Shown here: positions 28,922-39,479 of the stretch, one piece after another
Position numbering within the stretch: position 1 is the stretch's first letter
Layout: each line of letters begins with the position of its first letter
DNA from: a virus
Virus record (IMG/VR): IMGVR_UViG_3300049489_000321
Span: 1-64,000 of that record
Direction: 5' to 3' (one strand)
Length of the DNA stretch: 64,000 bases
Translations under genes and position numbers: made by a program
The notes under the pieces: model-generated
Told to the model about the DNA's origin: nothing
What the model saw: the letters and a program-made list of their open reading frames with translations, nothing else
The model's database searches: none

Positions 28922-29233
28922 AGTTAACCTCCTGAGACTACAATTTAAGCATTGTTTGTTAGGCGTCAAGAGGTGGAATGTCGATTTCATTACATTCTGG
29001 GCAAATTGCTCGAAATTCCGTTACTTTATCGTCCATGTACCAGTACGTGTTGTTGCGTTCTTCTGTGTTAAAAACGTGCTTATTGGAGCACATGTAGGTA
29101 CTTGTGGGTTCGTTTTTGTCGTCTACAACGACCCACATGCTTCCGTAACTCTCCGAAACTCTTTTAAAAAAGAATCTTTTAACAAAAACGTATAAAAAAG
29201 CGATGATGTTTACAACTAGTAGAAACGTCCACA

Positions 29234-29788
29234 TCAACGCATGCTCTCCACTACCTTGTAGGCAACCAGAGCAGCCGCTACGCCCACGTTTAGAGAAATG
29301 TTGACTCCGTACATAGGGATCGAAACAAACGCGTCACAGAGGCTTAGAGCCTCTTCTGAGACCCCTGTGGTTTCGTTACCTACCACGATAGCTGTTGGAC
29401 CGTCAAACTGAAGCTGGTTGTAGTCCACTGATTTTTCGCTCAATTCTACAGCTACGACCTTAATATCACGGTAATGTTTTAAATAGTCGATAGCGTACGC
29501 AGCTGATTCTGCCTTTCGCCAAGGAACAATCTTGTACGTCCCGCACGAAGCTTTTGTGATTTTGGTGTTAGGCGGTACCTCAGAATTGCCACAGATTATC
29601 AGCATTTCTGCGAAAACCGCGTCGGCAAGACGAAACAACCCACCGATGTTGAACGTGTCCAAAATGTTGTCAGCAATAATGATTAATGGATTACGTTTAG
29701 AACTTATTTTTATTTCTTCTATTGGCATTTTTCTTATTTGACTACCCTTTAGCTTTGAATTTTCTGAATTGTATGATATATTAGACAT
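29234..29788 (-). CDS. SpoU/TrmH family RNA 2'-O-methyltransferase
   Basis: NIGGLFRLADA, VVGNETTGVS, IPMYG..SLNV. Confidence 0.95.
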   Translation of the reverse strand: MSNISYNSENSKLKGSQIRKMPIEEIKISSKRNPLIIIADNILDTFNIGGLFRLADAVFAEMLIICGNSEVPPNTKITKASCGTYKIVPWRKAESAAYAIDYLKHYRDIKVVAVELSEKSVDYNQLQFDGPTAIVVGNETTGVSEEALSLCDAFVSIPMYGVNISLNVGVAAALVAYKVVESMR

Positions 29789-30431
29789 TATGATATCAAA
29801 AAGTCCTATTCCAGATGATGTTTTTATTAAAGCAATAGAAAATGCTGTTACCGTTAGAAATGCGTTAGAGTTAATGGGAAGTGCTATTAGTGGAAATAGT
29901 TACGCTATATTTTGGAGACGTGTCGAAAGACTTAATATTAATACAGATCACTTAAATGTAAGGCATTGGCGTTCAGACAGAAAACCTAATCCATCAAGAC
30001 CTGTTTCATATTATCTACAATTTGAAGGACCAGTTGTACAATCTACATTATTGAAAAAACGTCTTATAAAAGAAGGACTATTAAATGAAAAATGCTATAA
30101 ATGTGGCGTAATTGAATGGTGCGGTGATAGATTGACGCTGCATTTAGATCACATAGATGGATATAAATTCAATAATCAATTAGAAAATCTACGTTTACTA
30201 TGCCCAAATTGTCATAGTCAAACCGATACGTATGCAGGAAAGAATTATAAACATTACGACAAAAACAAAATCATAAGAGCAATGAAGGCTAGTGATGCTT
30301 GGGATAGAAGCAAGATACTAAAAATTTCTCCTGCTGTGAAGCCTGTAAAAACGTGTGTTACTTGTGCGAAAGAAATATCCAAAAAAGCTAAAAGATGTAG
30401 TTCATGTGCTGCCAAAAATAGAGGCAGATAA
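29769..30431 (+). CDS. HNH homing endonuclease
   Basis: LKKRLIKEG, CYKCG, LHLDHIDG..NN.LENLRLLCPNCHSQT. Confidence 0.93.
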   Translation: MYDILDIMISKSPIPDDVFIKAIENAVTVRNALELMGSAISGNSYAIFWRRVERLNINTDHLNVRHWRSDRKPNPSRPVSYYLQFEGPVVQSTLLKKRLIKEGLLNEKCYKCGVIEWCGDRLTLHLDHIDGYKFNNQLENLRLLCPNCHSQTDTYAGKNYKHYDKNKIIRAMKASDAWDRSKILKISPAVKPVKTCVTCAKEISKKAKRCSSCAAKNRGR

Positions 30432-31635
30432 CTTACCACGTTCGTTCCTTCTTTTCTACGCGAATATTCGCGCCATCCCAATAGTCAAGTTCGTAATAAA
30501 TTGGATTACCTTCGTCGTCTTCAAGACCGTCGTAATTCAGCGACTGTTCTCCCCCGCCGTCGCTCATCCACGCTTTGAATAACGCAGCATCTTCGTATGA
30601 ATCGAACACAAACGTTAACTCATTATTATGTTCGTCCCATCTGGCTTTTTTAGCTTCTCGTTCTTCCGGAGTTAAGGATTTCCAATCAATACTCATGTCT
30701 ATCTCTGTTCATTTTCAATCTTCAATTTTACTAAACCGTGTACGCTAATAAACGTCATTCCATTAACTACGTAGTTAAACGCATTTGAATAAATACACAT
30801 TCCCGAAGCAACGGAGTTTCTGATCTCAGTAGAAACGTCCTCCATGACTCCAGCTTGATTCAAAAACCAATAAGCATCACGTGGTTTTAAATAGACGAAT
30901 CCGTCGCTAACAGCCTTCTTACAAAGGGAATCAAAGAGTTTTTCATCAAACTCTTTAACTCCCTCAGCTTCTAGTTCTTGTAACGTTGTCGAAAGTTCTT
31001 CCATGTTTATCACACGTAATTACTGATTTATATAGATGTTCTTTTGGGTAATAAAGCTTAACTAATTCATTGAAATTACATATGTCTTCTTTGTTAAAAA
31101 GATCTGCGTAGTCTTTTGTAGCCTTGATCTTACGATCATACAGTCTAAATCCTACAGTTCTCCACCATATTGATCTAAGCCATTTGAACGGCTGATAATA
31201 GACACCACAGAACTCACATCTAAAGAACGACATACAAAATTACTGCTTCTTTTTACCGGAACGCATATCTAGTTCTTCGCACGCCGCTTTATTACGTGCT
31301 TCCGTTTCTTTAATGGTGTCGTTAATTCCTTTGGAATACGACTTTTTATCCTCTTTTAAATTATTAATTCTTTCAACATTACGCACTACCGCGTCCTTAA
31401 TCTCGTCGTCCGTCATTGCGCTAAAATCAAATTCAAAATCTTCCATGTTATCTCCTTTATTTCTTATTCGCTGATGTTTCTATATGATCGTAAAACCTAA
31501 CACCGCCCCAACGCCTTGACATCATTCCACGAAGCCACTTACTAAAGTCTTTAGCACAGGCGCCACACAAAACAGTATTTTCTGAATGTATGTGTCCTGT
31601 TGCTTCATGATACGGACTTCCACAAGCAGCGCAAG

Positions 31636-32289
31636 TTATTTTGTTAAACTGTTCTCTACCATCCACGTATATAACTCTTCTTCATATTTATCAAATTGAT
31701 TAGAAACAATCCTGTTTCTTTGTAAGACAAGCCTTCTAATAATGTCTTTCTTAAAAGGCCACATCTTGTAATAGTCCCAACCAGTAAAGTACTTGGAATA
31801 TACTTCAAGCCTATCATCGGTTAATGCCTTACCCTCGTAGTAATCACATCGCATACTAATGGAATAGCCCTCGACCTCCATCTTCATACGCCAGTATGCG
31901 GGCCATGGCAAGAAGCATAAAGCTGTTGGTATTAAAAACCACAAAGAAAGTATAGAAAGTAACCCAAAAATCGGTATTAGAGAAAGCGGAAATAGATACA
32001 GAAATCCCATAACTAGACGAGTATACTTCTTTGCCTGTAGTGCGTGTCTACCTTCGTGCCACAACACGCTGTATTCACCTGTGAATCTAGGCATGTCTGC
32101 TAGGTTAGGACGATACACTGTATACCCGATGGTCGTCCAGAAATCCGCCATATAGTATGGATTTCCTACTAGTTTTAATAGTCTACTTATTAAGTTCTGG
32201 TGCCACACGTTTCGTTTGTTTTTAACATTAAATTTAGGTACAAAACGTTGTTGTATACGTGCTAGCGCACTAATTGCTGTTTTATGCAT
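31636..32289 (-). CDS. Membrane zincin-like metallopeptidase
   Basis: LWHEGRHALQ, TM segment, downstream EVEGY. Confidence 0.7.
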   Translation of the reverse strand: MHKTAISALARIQQRFVPKFNVKNKRNVWHQNLISRLLKLVGNPYYMADFWTTIGYTVYRPNLADMPRFTGEYSVLWHEGRHALQAKKYTRLVMGFLYLFPLSLIPIFGLLSILSLWFLIPTALCFLPWPAYWRMKMEVEGYSISMRCDYYEGKALTDDRLEVYSKYFTGWDYYKMWPFKKDIIRRLVLQRNRIVSNQFDKYEEELYTWMVENSLTK

Positions 32290-32292
32290 AAA

Positions 32293-32880
32293 TTACGTCC
32301 ATAGATATCCTCTAATAGAAACCAGTTTAATAAGTTGCTCATTATCGCGTGTGTCTGAAAAGTTGTACGCCTTTAACCAAGCTTCCATATCCCCGCTCTC
32401 GTCGGCCTCTTTCATTAAACGCTTGGACTCTTTGTAGTCTTTTTCACGACCACCATTAACCCACCATTCGTATAGTTCAACGGCGGTTTCGTACACACGT
32501 TTTGATTCTTCATCAGCGCTGTATTCGTATTGAAATAGTAGATTTTTCAATCCCTTTTCTTTTTCACAAAAGTCTTGGAAGATGTTAAAAGCAGCGTACA
32601 AAATGGCGGAATCTCTATCGATCCATCCCCATTTGTAACCCGTAGCCTTGTTAGCCAAAGACACCATGTGATATCTGTTCCATATATGGCATCTAATGAA
32701 ATACCAAGCATGTGAAAGATTACTTACCACGTGCCTATGCCACAACAAAGGCAATTCACGTTTAATAAAGTATTGCACAGGGAATTTACTTTTAGTTTCG
32801 TCGTGCCAAGTTTCCCATTCTTCCCACGTCAAGCCATCAGGAGTATTGTATGCAGTCCAAAATAGTAAGAATCTTTTCAT
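32293..32880 (-). CDS. Hypothetical phage protein
   Basis: W.DRD..ILYAAF, ELYEWW, R.YLWT. Confidence 0.75.
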   Translation of the reverse strand: MKRFLLFWTAYNTPDGLTWEEWETWHDETKSKFPVQYFIKRELPLLWHRHVVSNLSHAWYFIRCHIWNRYHMVSLANKATGYKWGWIDRDSAILYAAFNIFQDFCEKEKGLKNLLFQYEYSADEESKRVYETAVELYEWWVNGGREKDYKESKRLMKEADESGDMEAWLKAYNFSDTRDNEQLIKLVSIRGYLWT

Positions 32881-33323
32881 ATTAGTAATTTTCTTCTATA
32901 TCTGGTTGTACAGCAAAATCTTTTATAATCTCCATAATACAAGACTCGCATAGATCGAATCTGTATTCGGTGCAATCACCCATTCGTGAGCCGTATCCAC
33001 CAGAATACCAAACATCAAGGAAGTTACCGTTTGTTACTTCTTCCTTATCTATAGTAAGTTCGCATCTATTGCAAACCACTGCTTTATGTATAACTACCGA
33101 TGTGGTTACTTGTTTTGTTTCTGTAATTCTCATGAGTCGATAAGATCCAAAAGCTCTGCGCTTAGTTCGACTATCCTTGTTACCTTATCTAGCTCGTGAC
33201 TGTCAAGGCTGCCGTCGTTATAATATAAAATGCTTTTCATATTATTTACAGCCATTCTAAAGTTCATATCTTTTGTTTTGCTCTGCAGTAATGGCAACCA
33301 CATTGCAATGCAATCTCGTGTGC

Positions 33324-34187
33324 TTATCCCCATTTACGTTTAAAGTCTCCTGGTTCCATAGAACAGTAGTCGTCCCAATATTCTTTATTATCAAATTTAC
33401 CAGATGAAGTAGTCGCTTTTTCAAACAATTGGTCCACAAAACTTTTAGTCACTCGTTCAGGTTCGGTTGGTGGAGCTTCTACTAGTTCATCTAGTGTAGT
33501 AAATCCGCGTTTTTTGTATTTATCAATTCTGTGCAAAGCAGTACTTACATTAGCCGTACCGCATATAAGTAGTTTTTTATCCAAATTAGCCTTCACCGCA
33601 CCTTCGTTTTGGTAAAACATGTGTGTTACTGTCTTTCCTCCAAAAGCGTGATACGCTATACCTACTCTGCAGTGTAATAAATCAAAATGCCTAATAACAT
33701 CATAACAACTATTGTGCCACTGTCTTTTAATTAGTTGAATAGGCTTATCTACAGGCAACATGTTCAACGGTCCTGGTAGCATGTTAATATAATTTAGTTT
33801 ATATGGTTCTTTTTGTAGCAAATTCAGATCGTTAGGATCTTCTACGTAATACCCTAAATCAGTCAATCTGTTAACAACTCTAGTAAACTGTTGAAGATCT
33901 TTGAAGAAGATATCAATGTCATTAGCGTCGCCTAGATTGCCGTAAAGACAAGCTGCCACACATCCCCCAGCAATGTACACGTCTTCTGGAATCCAATCCA
34001 AACAATCCTGAATTTTCTGTATTCCCTGCTTGTCCTTCCACGGAACAGTGTTCATTTCACACGTAGGTAACTCATGTCCATTAATGTGTGACGCGTAACT
34101 AAATTCCTCTGCCGACATGCTTTCGCCTGTTGCATGGTTTATTTTGTCAGGAATGTTGCTGGTTTTGTTATTTTTTGTGTATGACAT
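33324..34187 (-). CDS. Nucleotidyltransferase (poly(A)/CCA-adding class II head-like)
   Basis: YIAGGCV...NDIDIFF; FD..C; R..KY..RGF. Confidence 0.8.
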   Translation of the reverse strand: MSYTKNNKTSNIPDKINHATGESMSAEEFSYASHINGHELPTCEMNTVPWKDKQGIQKIQDCLDWIPEDVYIAGGCVAACLYGNLGDANDIDIFFKDLQQFTRVVNRLTDLGYYVEDPNDLNLLQKEPYKLNYINMLPGPLNMLPVDKPIQLIKRQWHNSCYDVIRHFDLLHCRVGIAYHAFGGKTVTHMFYQNEGAVKANLDKKLLICGTANVSTALHRIDKYKKRGFTTLDELVEAPPTEPERVTKSFVDQLFEKATTSSGKFDNKEYWDDYCSMEPGDFKRKWG

Positions 34188-34539
34188 TTACTATTTTTTG
34201 GTAGATACTGAGACCGGCTCTTTTTGCTTCAAATAACATGTTATTTGAACCATCACTTGTTCCATCCCACACTAGCACCAACCCTCCGGTTGATCCAACG
34301 TATTCGGCCATTTCTTTGTTTCTTTTTGGACCGGCTGCTAGCCCAAAAGTATTCCACTTAGCTATGAATGGTTGCACGGGAATGTCGTATTTATTGGCAT
34401 AATCCTCGCCTAAGCTATCTACGCCTCTACATCTTCCTGAGACTATTTCTGTTATAACAAATCCACTCTCTTTTATAGCCTGTTCTACTACGTCGTAGTC
34501 GTAGAAGTTACGAGATCCAGCCACAATTACTTTCATCAA
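34168..34539 (-). CDS. SLOG family (DUF2493/YspA-like) protein
   Basis: VIVAGSR, IVSG..RGVD, AAGPKRN.EM, WDG.S.GS. Confidence 0.9.
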   Translation of the reverse strand: MMKVIVAGSRNFYDYDVVEQAIKESGFVITEIVSGRCRGVDSLGEDYANKYDIPVQPFIAKWNTFGLAAGPKRNKEMAEYVGSTGGLVLVWDGTSDGSNNMLFEAKRAGLSIYQKIVNVIHKK

Positions 34540-34946
34540 TGATACGTCTTTTTTAGTGCCGTTTCAGCGTCGTAGAGCTTAACTTTACCTTCTGGCGTGT
34601 CTAAGGTGTTTTGGAATTCAAATACACGCATAAATGGCACATCTGTGTGGTGATCTTCCCTCGCCTCAAGGTACTCTTGAAAAAGCACGTCTTTGGCTCT
34701 TTCTTCAAGAGTCTCGTATTTTACTAGGCATTCTGATTTTGGAGTAACTAAATGTACTTGTTCTTTGCTTTTTCCAAAGAAATGAAAGACCTTGACAGCA
34801 GACTTGTAGTACCTGGCGCACTCGTTTGCGTATTCTATGGCTTTATTCTTATTAAGAACATCTCGTAAGACCTTCCAATAGTTAGCTCCCATATGCGGCT
34901 CAGCCATATGCAGCATCTCGATCCTGAATACGTTAATTATGGACAT
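34536..34946 (-). CDS. Hypothetical protein
   Basis: Operon packing. Confidence 0.65.
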   Translation of the reverse strand: MSIINVFRIEMLHMAEPHMGANYWKVLRDVLNKNKAIEYANECARYYKSAVKVFHFFGKSKEQVHLVTPKSECLVKYETLEERAKDVLFQEYLEAREDHHTDVPFMRVFEFQNTLDTPEGKVKLYDAETALKKTYH

Positions 34947-35144
34947 GAGACAATAACGTTATGAATCTCGCTAATTACTTTTTTATCAACACCATTTTTT
35001 ATTAATATGTCTAGTACTTCTTCTTTCATTCTGAAGCGTCCCTCTAAGTAACTATCAACACACGCATCAGACAGTACCTTAGCTAGTGTGTTGATAGTTA
35101 CTTTGGGTTGGGCTAACTCATGCAAAGTATTAGCTAATATGTTA

Positions 35145-35462
35145 TTAATCTCGTTCATCTAGCTTCTCTTGTAGATCCCAAATTGTTTGTTGCGCGTCTT
35201 CCAGATCATGTTCTAGCTCTGTGACCTTGTGCTCAAGATCGTTAACCTGTTGTTGTAGGAAATAGTTTTCGTCTTCTAAATCTTCCTTGTCCACTTGATC
35301 CTCCTTTACGTCTTGTTCGTAAGCATCTAACACTTGTCTCTCTATGCAATACCGCAAATCTCGTATAGTGTCTACTCTATTCCAGTCAGATAACAACGTT
35401 GCTTTTTGCTCTAATTCATTGAAAATATTGTTAAATTTGTCTTTACTGTAGCTGTCGCTCAT
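35145..35462 (-). CDS. Acidic coiled-coil hypothetical protein, first gene of minus block
   Basis: Heptad-rich C-terminus. Confidence 0.7.
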   Translation of the reverse strand: MSDSYSKDKFNNIFNELEQKATLLSDWNRVDTIRDLRYCIERQVLDAYEQDVKEDQVDKEDLEDENYFLQQQVNDLEHKVTELEHDLEDAQQTIWDLQEKLDERD

Positions 35463-35614
35463 GTCTATATACCACCACACTACCTGTCGATCGTCAAGAA
35501 ATGATGATTATTTTTATTAATTGTTTAAAAAACACTAATATTTCACTTGCACTGGTGTTGAAAGCGTACTACTTTTAACCTTGGCCGTATAAAGAGCCAG
35601 AAAGAAGTTATAAA

Positions 35615-35836
35615 ATGATTAAAAGTATTAGAACCGGAGAAAAAACCACCGCCCGCCGTTTTGCCCAGGAAGTGCTGGCTGAGGGGATTGTTTCGCGTAA
35701 GGAAGCTGGTTGTACAGATCCAGAAATGACCGATCGCGAAAGGACTCAAGTTGTAGAGCACATTAACAAGCTTTCAGATAAGTTGCTTGCGCGCCTTCGT
35801 GTAGAAGCTCCAACTTCCGAAGAAGTTGGCGAATAA
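35615..35836 (+). CDS. Hypothetical protein
   Basis: First gene of divergent + block. Confidence 0.7.
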   Translation: MIKSIRTGEKTTARRFAQEVLAEGIVSRKEAGCTDPEMTDRERTQVVEHINKLSDKLLARLRVEAPTSEEVGE

Positions 35837-35861
35837 GTAGTTTAAGTACGGTAGGAAGTTT

Positions 35862-36050
35862 ATGTTAAGTGACAAACAAAAGAAATTACTAGATACTTTA
35901 ACGCAAGCTTGGGCTAAACGTCCAGGGTTGCGGCTAGGTCAATTACTTGACGAAGCTTCCTACCGTAGCGGGTATGGAGAGCCGGCACTGGTTTGCGACG
36001 AAGATATCGAACAAGCACTTAGAGAATTTGTAGGATTACCAAGGAAATAG
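35862..36050 (+). CDS. DUF1040/YihD-like protein (paralog of 22796-22978)
   Basis: W..RPGLRLGQLL. Confidence 0.7.
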   Translation: MLSDKQKKLLDTLTQAWAKRPGLRLGQLLDEASYRSGYGEPALVCDEDIEQALREFVGLPRK

Positions 36051-36931
36051 TGATGTACGTACACTGGTTGAGCGATCAACACTGGAATTGGATTTCACCA
36101 AAGGAACTACTAGCCTATGGACATAAACTTGGAAACAGTATCCAGAGCGAGGATCATATCACTATTTCTGGTGATCTTAGTGATGGTGATTGTTTGGTGG
36201 CTAATTTAGTTAATTTTGTAAATGCAGTTAGAGAAGTTCGCAATGATGCAAAAATTAGCTTTGTTCTTGGCAACCACGATTATTGGGGAACCAGTATAGA
36301 CCATCAGCAAAAAGACGTGCTATCCGCAGCTAAGACGCTTGGTATTACCTATTTAACCAAAGAGAATGCAACCATTCTTTCAAGCAACACCGCGTTAGTA
36401 GGTACAGACGGATGGGCGGACGGCGGGTTCGGTAACGCACACGGACCTCTTATAATGGGAGATTGGACGTGTATCAAAGATCTAAAACCTATTTATAAGG
36501 TATTTGGTGTAGGTAAATTGACCGATTTTGTAAAAAAATTAGCAGAACAAGAAGTAGCCAATGTAGCTAGTAAAATATCAAAAATTGTATCTAGTCACGA
36601 AAACATAATTATAGTTACACATATTCCTCCTTGGAAAGAAGCCACCTGGCATGAAGACGCGATTAGTAACAATACATTTTTACCTTGGTTTTCCTCAAAA
36701 ATAATGGGCGAATATCTACTAGATGTAGCTAATATAAATAAAGACAACAAATTCACTGTTTTATGTAGTCACACACATGGTGCTGGCGTTTTTATCGCAG
36801 CTAATAACCTTAGATGCTATACAGGCTTTGCAGACTACAGGCATCCACAGCGCGCCGGCCTTCTACGCGTAGACTCGACAGGAGTTACTATGGAAGAATT
36901 TCATAACCCACACAACAACCGGATTGACTAA
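36050..36931 (+). CDS. Calcineurin-like metallophosphoesterase
   Basis: SDQH, GDLSD, GNHD, THIPP, SHTH. Confidence 0.92.
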   Translation: MMYVHWLSDQHWNWISPKELLAYGHKLGNSIQSEDHITISGDLSDGDCLVANLVNFVNAVREVRNDAKISFVLGNHDYWGTSIDHQQKDVLSAAKTLGITYLTKENATILSSNTALVGTDGWADGGFGNAHGPLIMGDWTCIKDLKPIYKVFGVGKLTDFVKKLAEQEVANVASKISKIVSSHENIIIVTHIPPWKEATWHEDAISNNTFLPWFSSKIMGEYLLDVANINKDNKFTVLCSHTHGAGVFIAANNLRCYTGFADYRHPQRAGLLRVDSTGVTMEEFHNPHNNRID

Positions 36932-37434
36932 TGTACACATTGATCGGTACAGAAACTACTGGTCCTGATATCGGCAAACACCAGATTTTAGAACTAGTAG
37001 TATTGACGACAACAGATGCGTTTGAAATAAAAAACGTATCACCTACGTACGTCCTCCACAGGACGCCAGGGTCGCTTATAACGAAAGAAGCCTACGAAGC
37101 GTACTCTTCTAACAAACTTCTTGAAGAATGCGCTATATCGTCTATTAACCCAATGAAAGCAGAGCACTCATTGATCGAGCGCTTTGGTAGACATAACAGA
37201 AACATGTTAAATGCTACAACAATTTACGCAGATAGCGCTGCGGAACTGCACGTTAAACACGCAATGCCAGAATTTTACAATTCTATAGGCAGAAAAACCG
37301 TGTATTACGACACGGTTTTGCCTGCGGAGTGGGACAGTAAATTTGCTAAATCAAATAGAGCGCTTGAAACCGTGCTAGTAATGTTAAGTAACATAAAGAA
37401 GCTTGTAAATACCTGTAATTTAACACTTAATTAG
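36931..37434 (+). CDS. Oligoribonuclease/DEDDh-like protein with degenerate active site
   Basis: LIGTETTGPD...ILEL vs Orn WIDLEMTGLD...IIEI; NRALET vs HRALDD. Confidence 0.6.
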   Translation: MYTLIGTETTGPDIGKHQILELVVLTTTDAFEIKNVSPTYVLHRTPGSLITKEAYEAYSSNKLLEECAISSINPMKAEHSLIERFGRHNRNMLNATTIYADSAAELHVKHAMPEFYNSIGRKTVYYDTVLPAEWDSKFAKSNRALETVLVMLSNIKKLVNTCNLTLN

Positions 37435-37504
37435 ATATATCGACACTGATTAAGCCGTGGTATAGTAAAAGTGTAGTAATATACAAAAGGACGCTAAACT
37501 ATTA

Positions 37505-38656
37505 ATGCCTAATAACCAGCAGAAAAAGTGCTCTAAATGCGCACAACACAAGAGTGAATCGGAATACCAGAGAGACTCTTCACAATCGTCAGGGCTCAAA
37601 TCGGCCTGTAGAAGCTGTTGCAACGAGGCTAAGCGCGCCGCTAGACAAGGGTACAGTCCTGAGCACAGCATGACTAAAACAGTACCAGACGGGTTCCATG
37701 TAAAAGGAGTATCCAGTCTGTATGATGCTAGTGGAGAACTAGTTGCACAATGGGTTAAAAGCGCAGCAGATAAAGACAACGAAGTTCAAGCACTTTTAAC
37801 CGCCATGGAAACACTTGCTGCTCCGTACAAGGGACTTGCTAAACCGGTTAAAAGACCTGCTGAATCAGACAGCGACCTACTTGTTGTTTACCCTCTCGGA
37901 GATCCACATATAGGAATGCATGCGTGGTCACGTGAAACTGGTGACAACTTTGATTTGAAAATTGCTGAAGCGGACCTGACAGTAGCCGTTGATCGCCTGG
38001 TTGAGCTTGCTCCTGCTTCGAAAGAGGCACTAATAGTAAGTCTAGGTGATTTAAGCCATGCAGATTCTACAAAAAATCAAACCACTAAGGGAACACCTGT
38101 TGACGTTGATAGTAGGTGGCCAAAAGTTCTTGAAGTAATAATCCGTACGATGCGTAGGTTGATTGAACGAGCACTACAAAAACACGAACACGTTACTGTA
38201 ATTATAGCTCTTGGTAATCACGATCACCACACAAGCATCGTGGTAGGTACTTGTTTAGCCAATTACTACGAAAACGAACCACGCGTAACTATTGACAACA
38301 CACCAAGTAAATTCCATTGGTACAGATTTGGAGACAACTTACTTGGTGTACACCATGGAGATTCTACAAAGAGGGACGCACTTCCCGGTGTGATGGCTTG
38401 TGATCGTGCAAAGGACTGGGGTGAAACAAAGTATCGTATGATGATGGTTGGCCATTTCCACCATGAAACAGTAAAAGAATACCCTGGAGTTGTGGTAGAG
38501 ACATTCAACACGCTTTCTCCAAAAGACGCGTGGCACGCCTCCTGCGGTTATAGATCAGACCAAAATTTAAAATGCGATGTATGGCATAAAAACTTTGGAC
38601 GTATCATGCGACACACTGTTGGAATAAACCAAGTAAGAGCACTTCAGAAGAAATAA
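37505..38656 (+). CDS. Metallophosphoesterase with N-terminal zinc-binding segment
   Basis: GDPHIG, LGDLSH, GNHD, HHGD, GHFHH. Confidence 0.88.
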   Translation: MPNNQQKKCSKCAQHKSESEYQRDSSQSSGLKSACRSCCNEAKRAARQGYSPEHSMTKTVPDGFHVKGVSSLYDASGELVAQWVKSAADKDNEVQALLTAMETLAAPYKGLAKPVKRPAESDSDLLVVYPLGDPHIGMHAWSRETGDNFDLKIAEADLTVAVDRLVELAPASKEALIVSLGDLSHADSTKNQTTKGTPVDVDSRWPKVLEVIIRTMRRLIERALQKHEHVTVIIALGNHDHHTSIVVGTCLANYYENEPRVTIDNTPSKFHWYRFGDNLLGVHHGDSTKRDALPGVMACDRAKDWGETKYRMMMVGHFHHETVKEYPGVVVETFNTLSPKDAWHASCGYRSDQNLKCDVWHKNFGRIMRHTVGINQVRALQKK

Positions 38657-38659
38657 ACA

Positions 38660-39136
38660 GTGAAGCTGCAGGAAAAGCGCTATTCGTGTGGGCCAGCGGC
38701 ACTACGTGCCGCGCTTTATATGCTTGGACGAAAAGTACGTGAGTCTACTATACGAAAGATAGCCGGTACCACTCCACAGGAGGGTACCGATGAATTTGGC
38801 TTGTTTAAGGCCATAAAACACTATGGCTATGAGTATGACGAGTACACAGACAAAGATCCAACACGTGGTTGGAACCGCATCAAGCGCAATCTACGTATCG
38901 GTCAGCCGTCTATTCTTTGTGTGTCTTGCTCTGAAGACCTGGACCACTGGGTCAGTGCAATTGGTCTAAACGGTGATAACGTCATAATATTTGACCCACA
39001 GAATCCAGACAGCAAATCCAAAAAATACTCCGGTCTTCAAGTAGTTGATATTGATGATTTTTATGAAAAATGGTCTTTTACCGACGAAGACGGTATCGAC
39101 AAGTTTTACAGTATAACTATTGTGAAAGAAGAATAA
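38660..39136 (+). CDS. Peptidase C39-like cysteine protease
   Basis: Q...SCGPAAL, HWV, IFDP. Confidence 0.85.
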   Translation: MKLQEKRYSCGPAALRAALYMLGRKVRESTIRKIAGTTPQEGTDEFGLFKAIKHYGYEYDEYTDKDPTRGWNRIKRNLRIGQPSILCVSCSEDLDHWVSAIGLNGDNVIIFDPQNPDSKSKKYSGLQVVDIDDFYEKWSFTDEDGIDKFYSITIVKEE

Positions 39137-39140
39137 TACG

Positions 39141-39479
39141 ATGTTTCCTAAAAAAGTAAAAATTCAAAATCAAACGTGGTCTATTGAGTACTGTGATGTT
39201 CGTCAAAAAGCAAACGACGATCATATACGCTTTATAGGAGATATAGACTCTGACGAGGTAATGGGTTATTGCGACGTTACTAAAAGAGAGATTTGCGTTG
39301 ACGACGACATGTGCGAAGCAGCGCAAGTAGAAGTACTTCTTCATGAAATTGGACATGGATTTTTTAACGTACTACCCCACAATATTCCTTCGGAATATGA
39401 TGAAAATTTTGCAAAAATGTTCGCAACAGCTGTGTTAGACTTGTGTATAAATAATAAATTAGATTGGATCAAAAAATAA
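39141..39479 (+). CDS. ImmA/IrrE-like zinc metallopeptidase
   Basis: LLHEIGH. Confidence 0.75.
   Translation: MFPKKVKIQNQTWSIEYCDVRQKANDDHIRFIGDIDSDEVMGYCDVTKREICVDDDMCEAAQVEVLLHEIGHGFFNVLPHNIPSEYDENFAKMFATAVLDLCINNKLDWIKK

Noticed and set aside
31240-31446. GapR/DUF2312-like call
   Set aside because: Only a weak VERI..L.EDKK resemblance that a generic coiled coil explains
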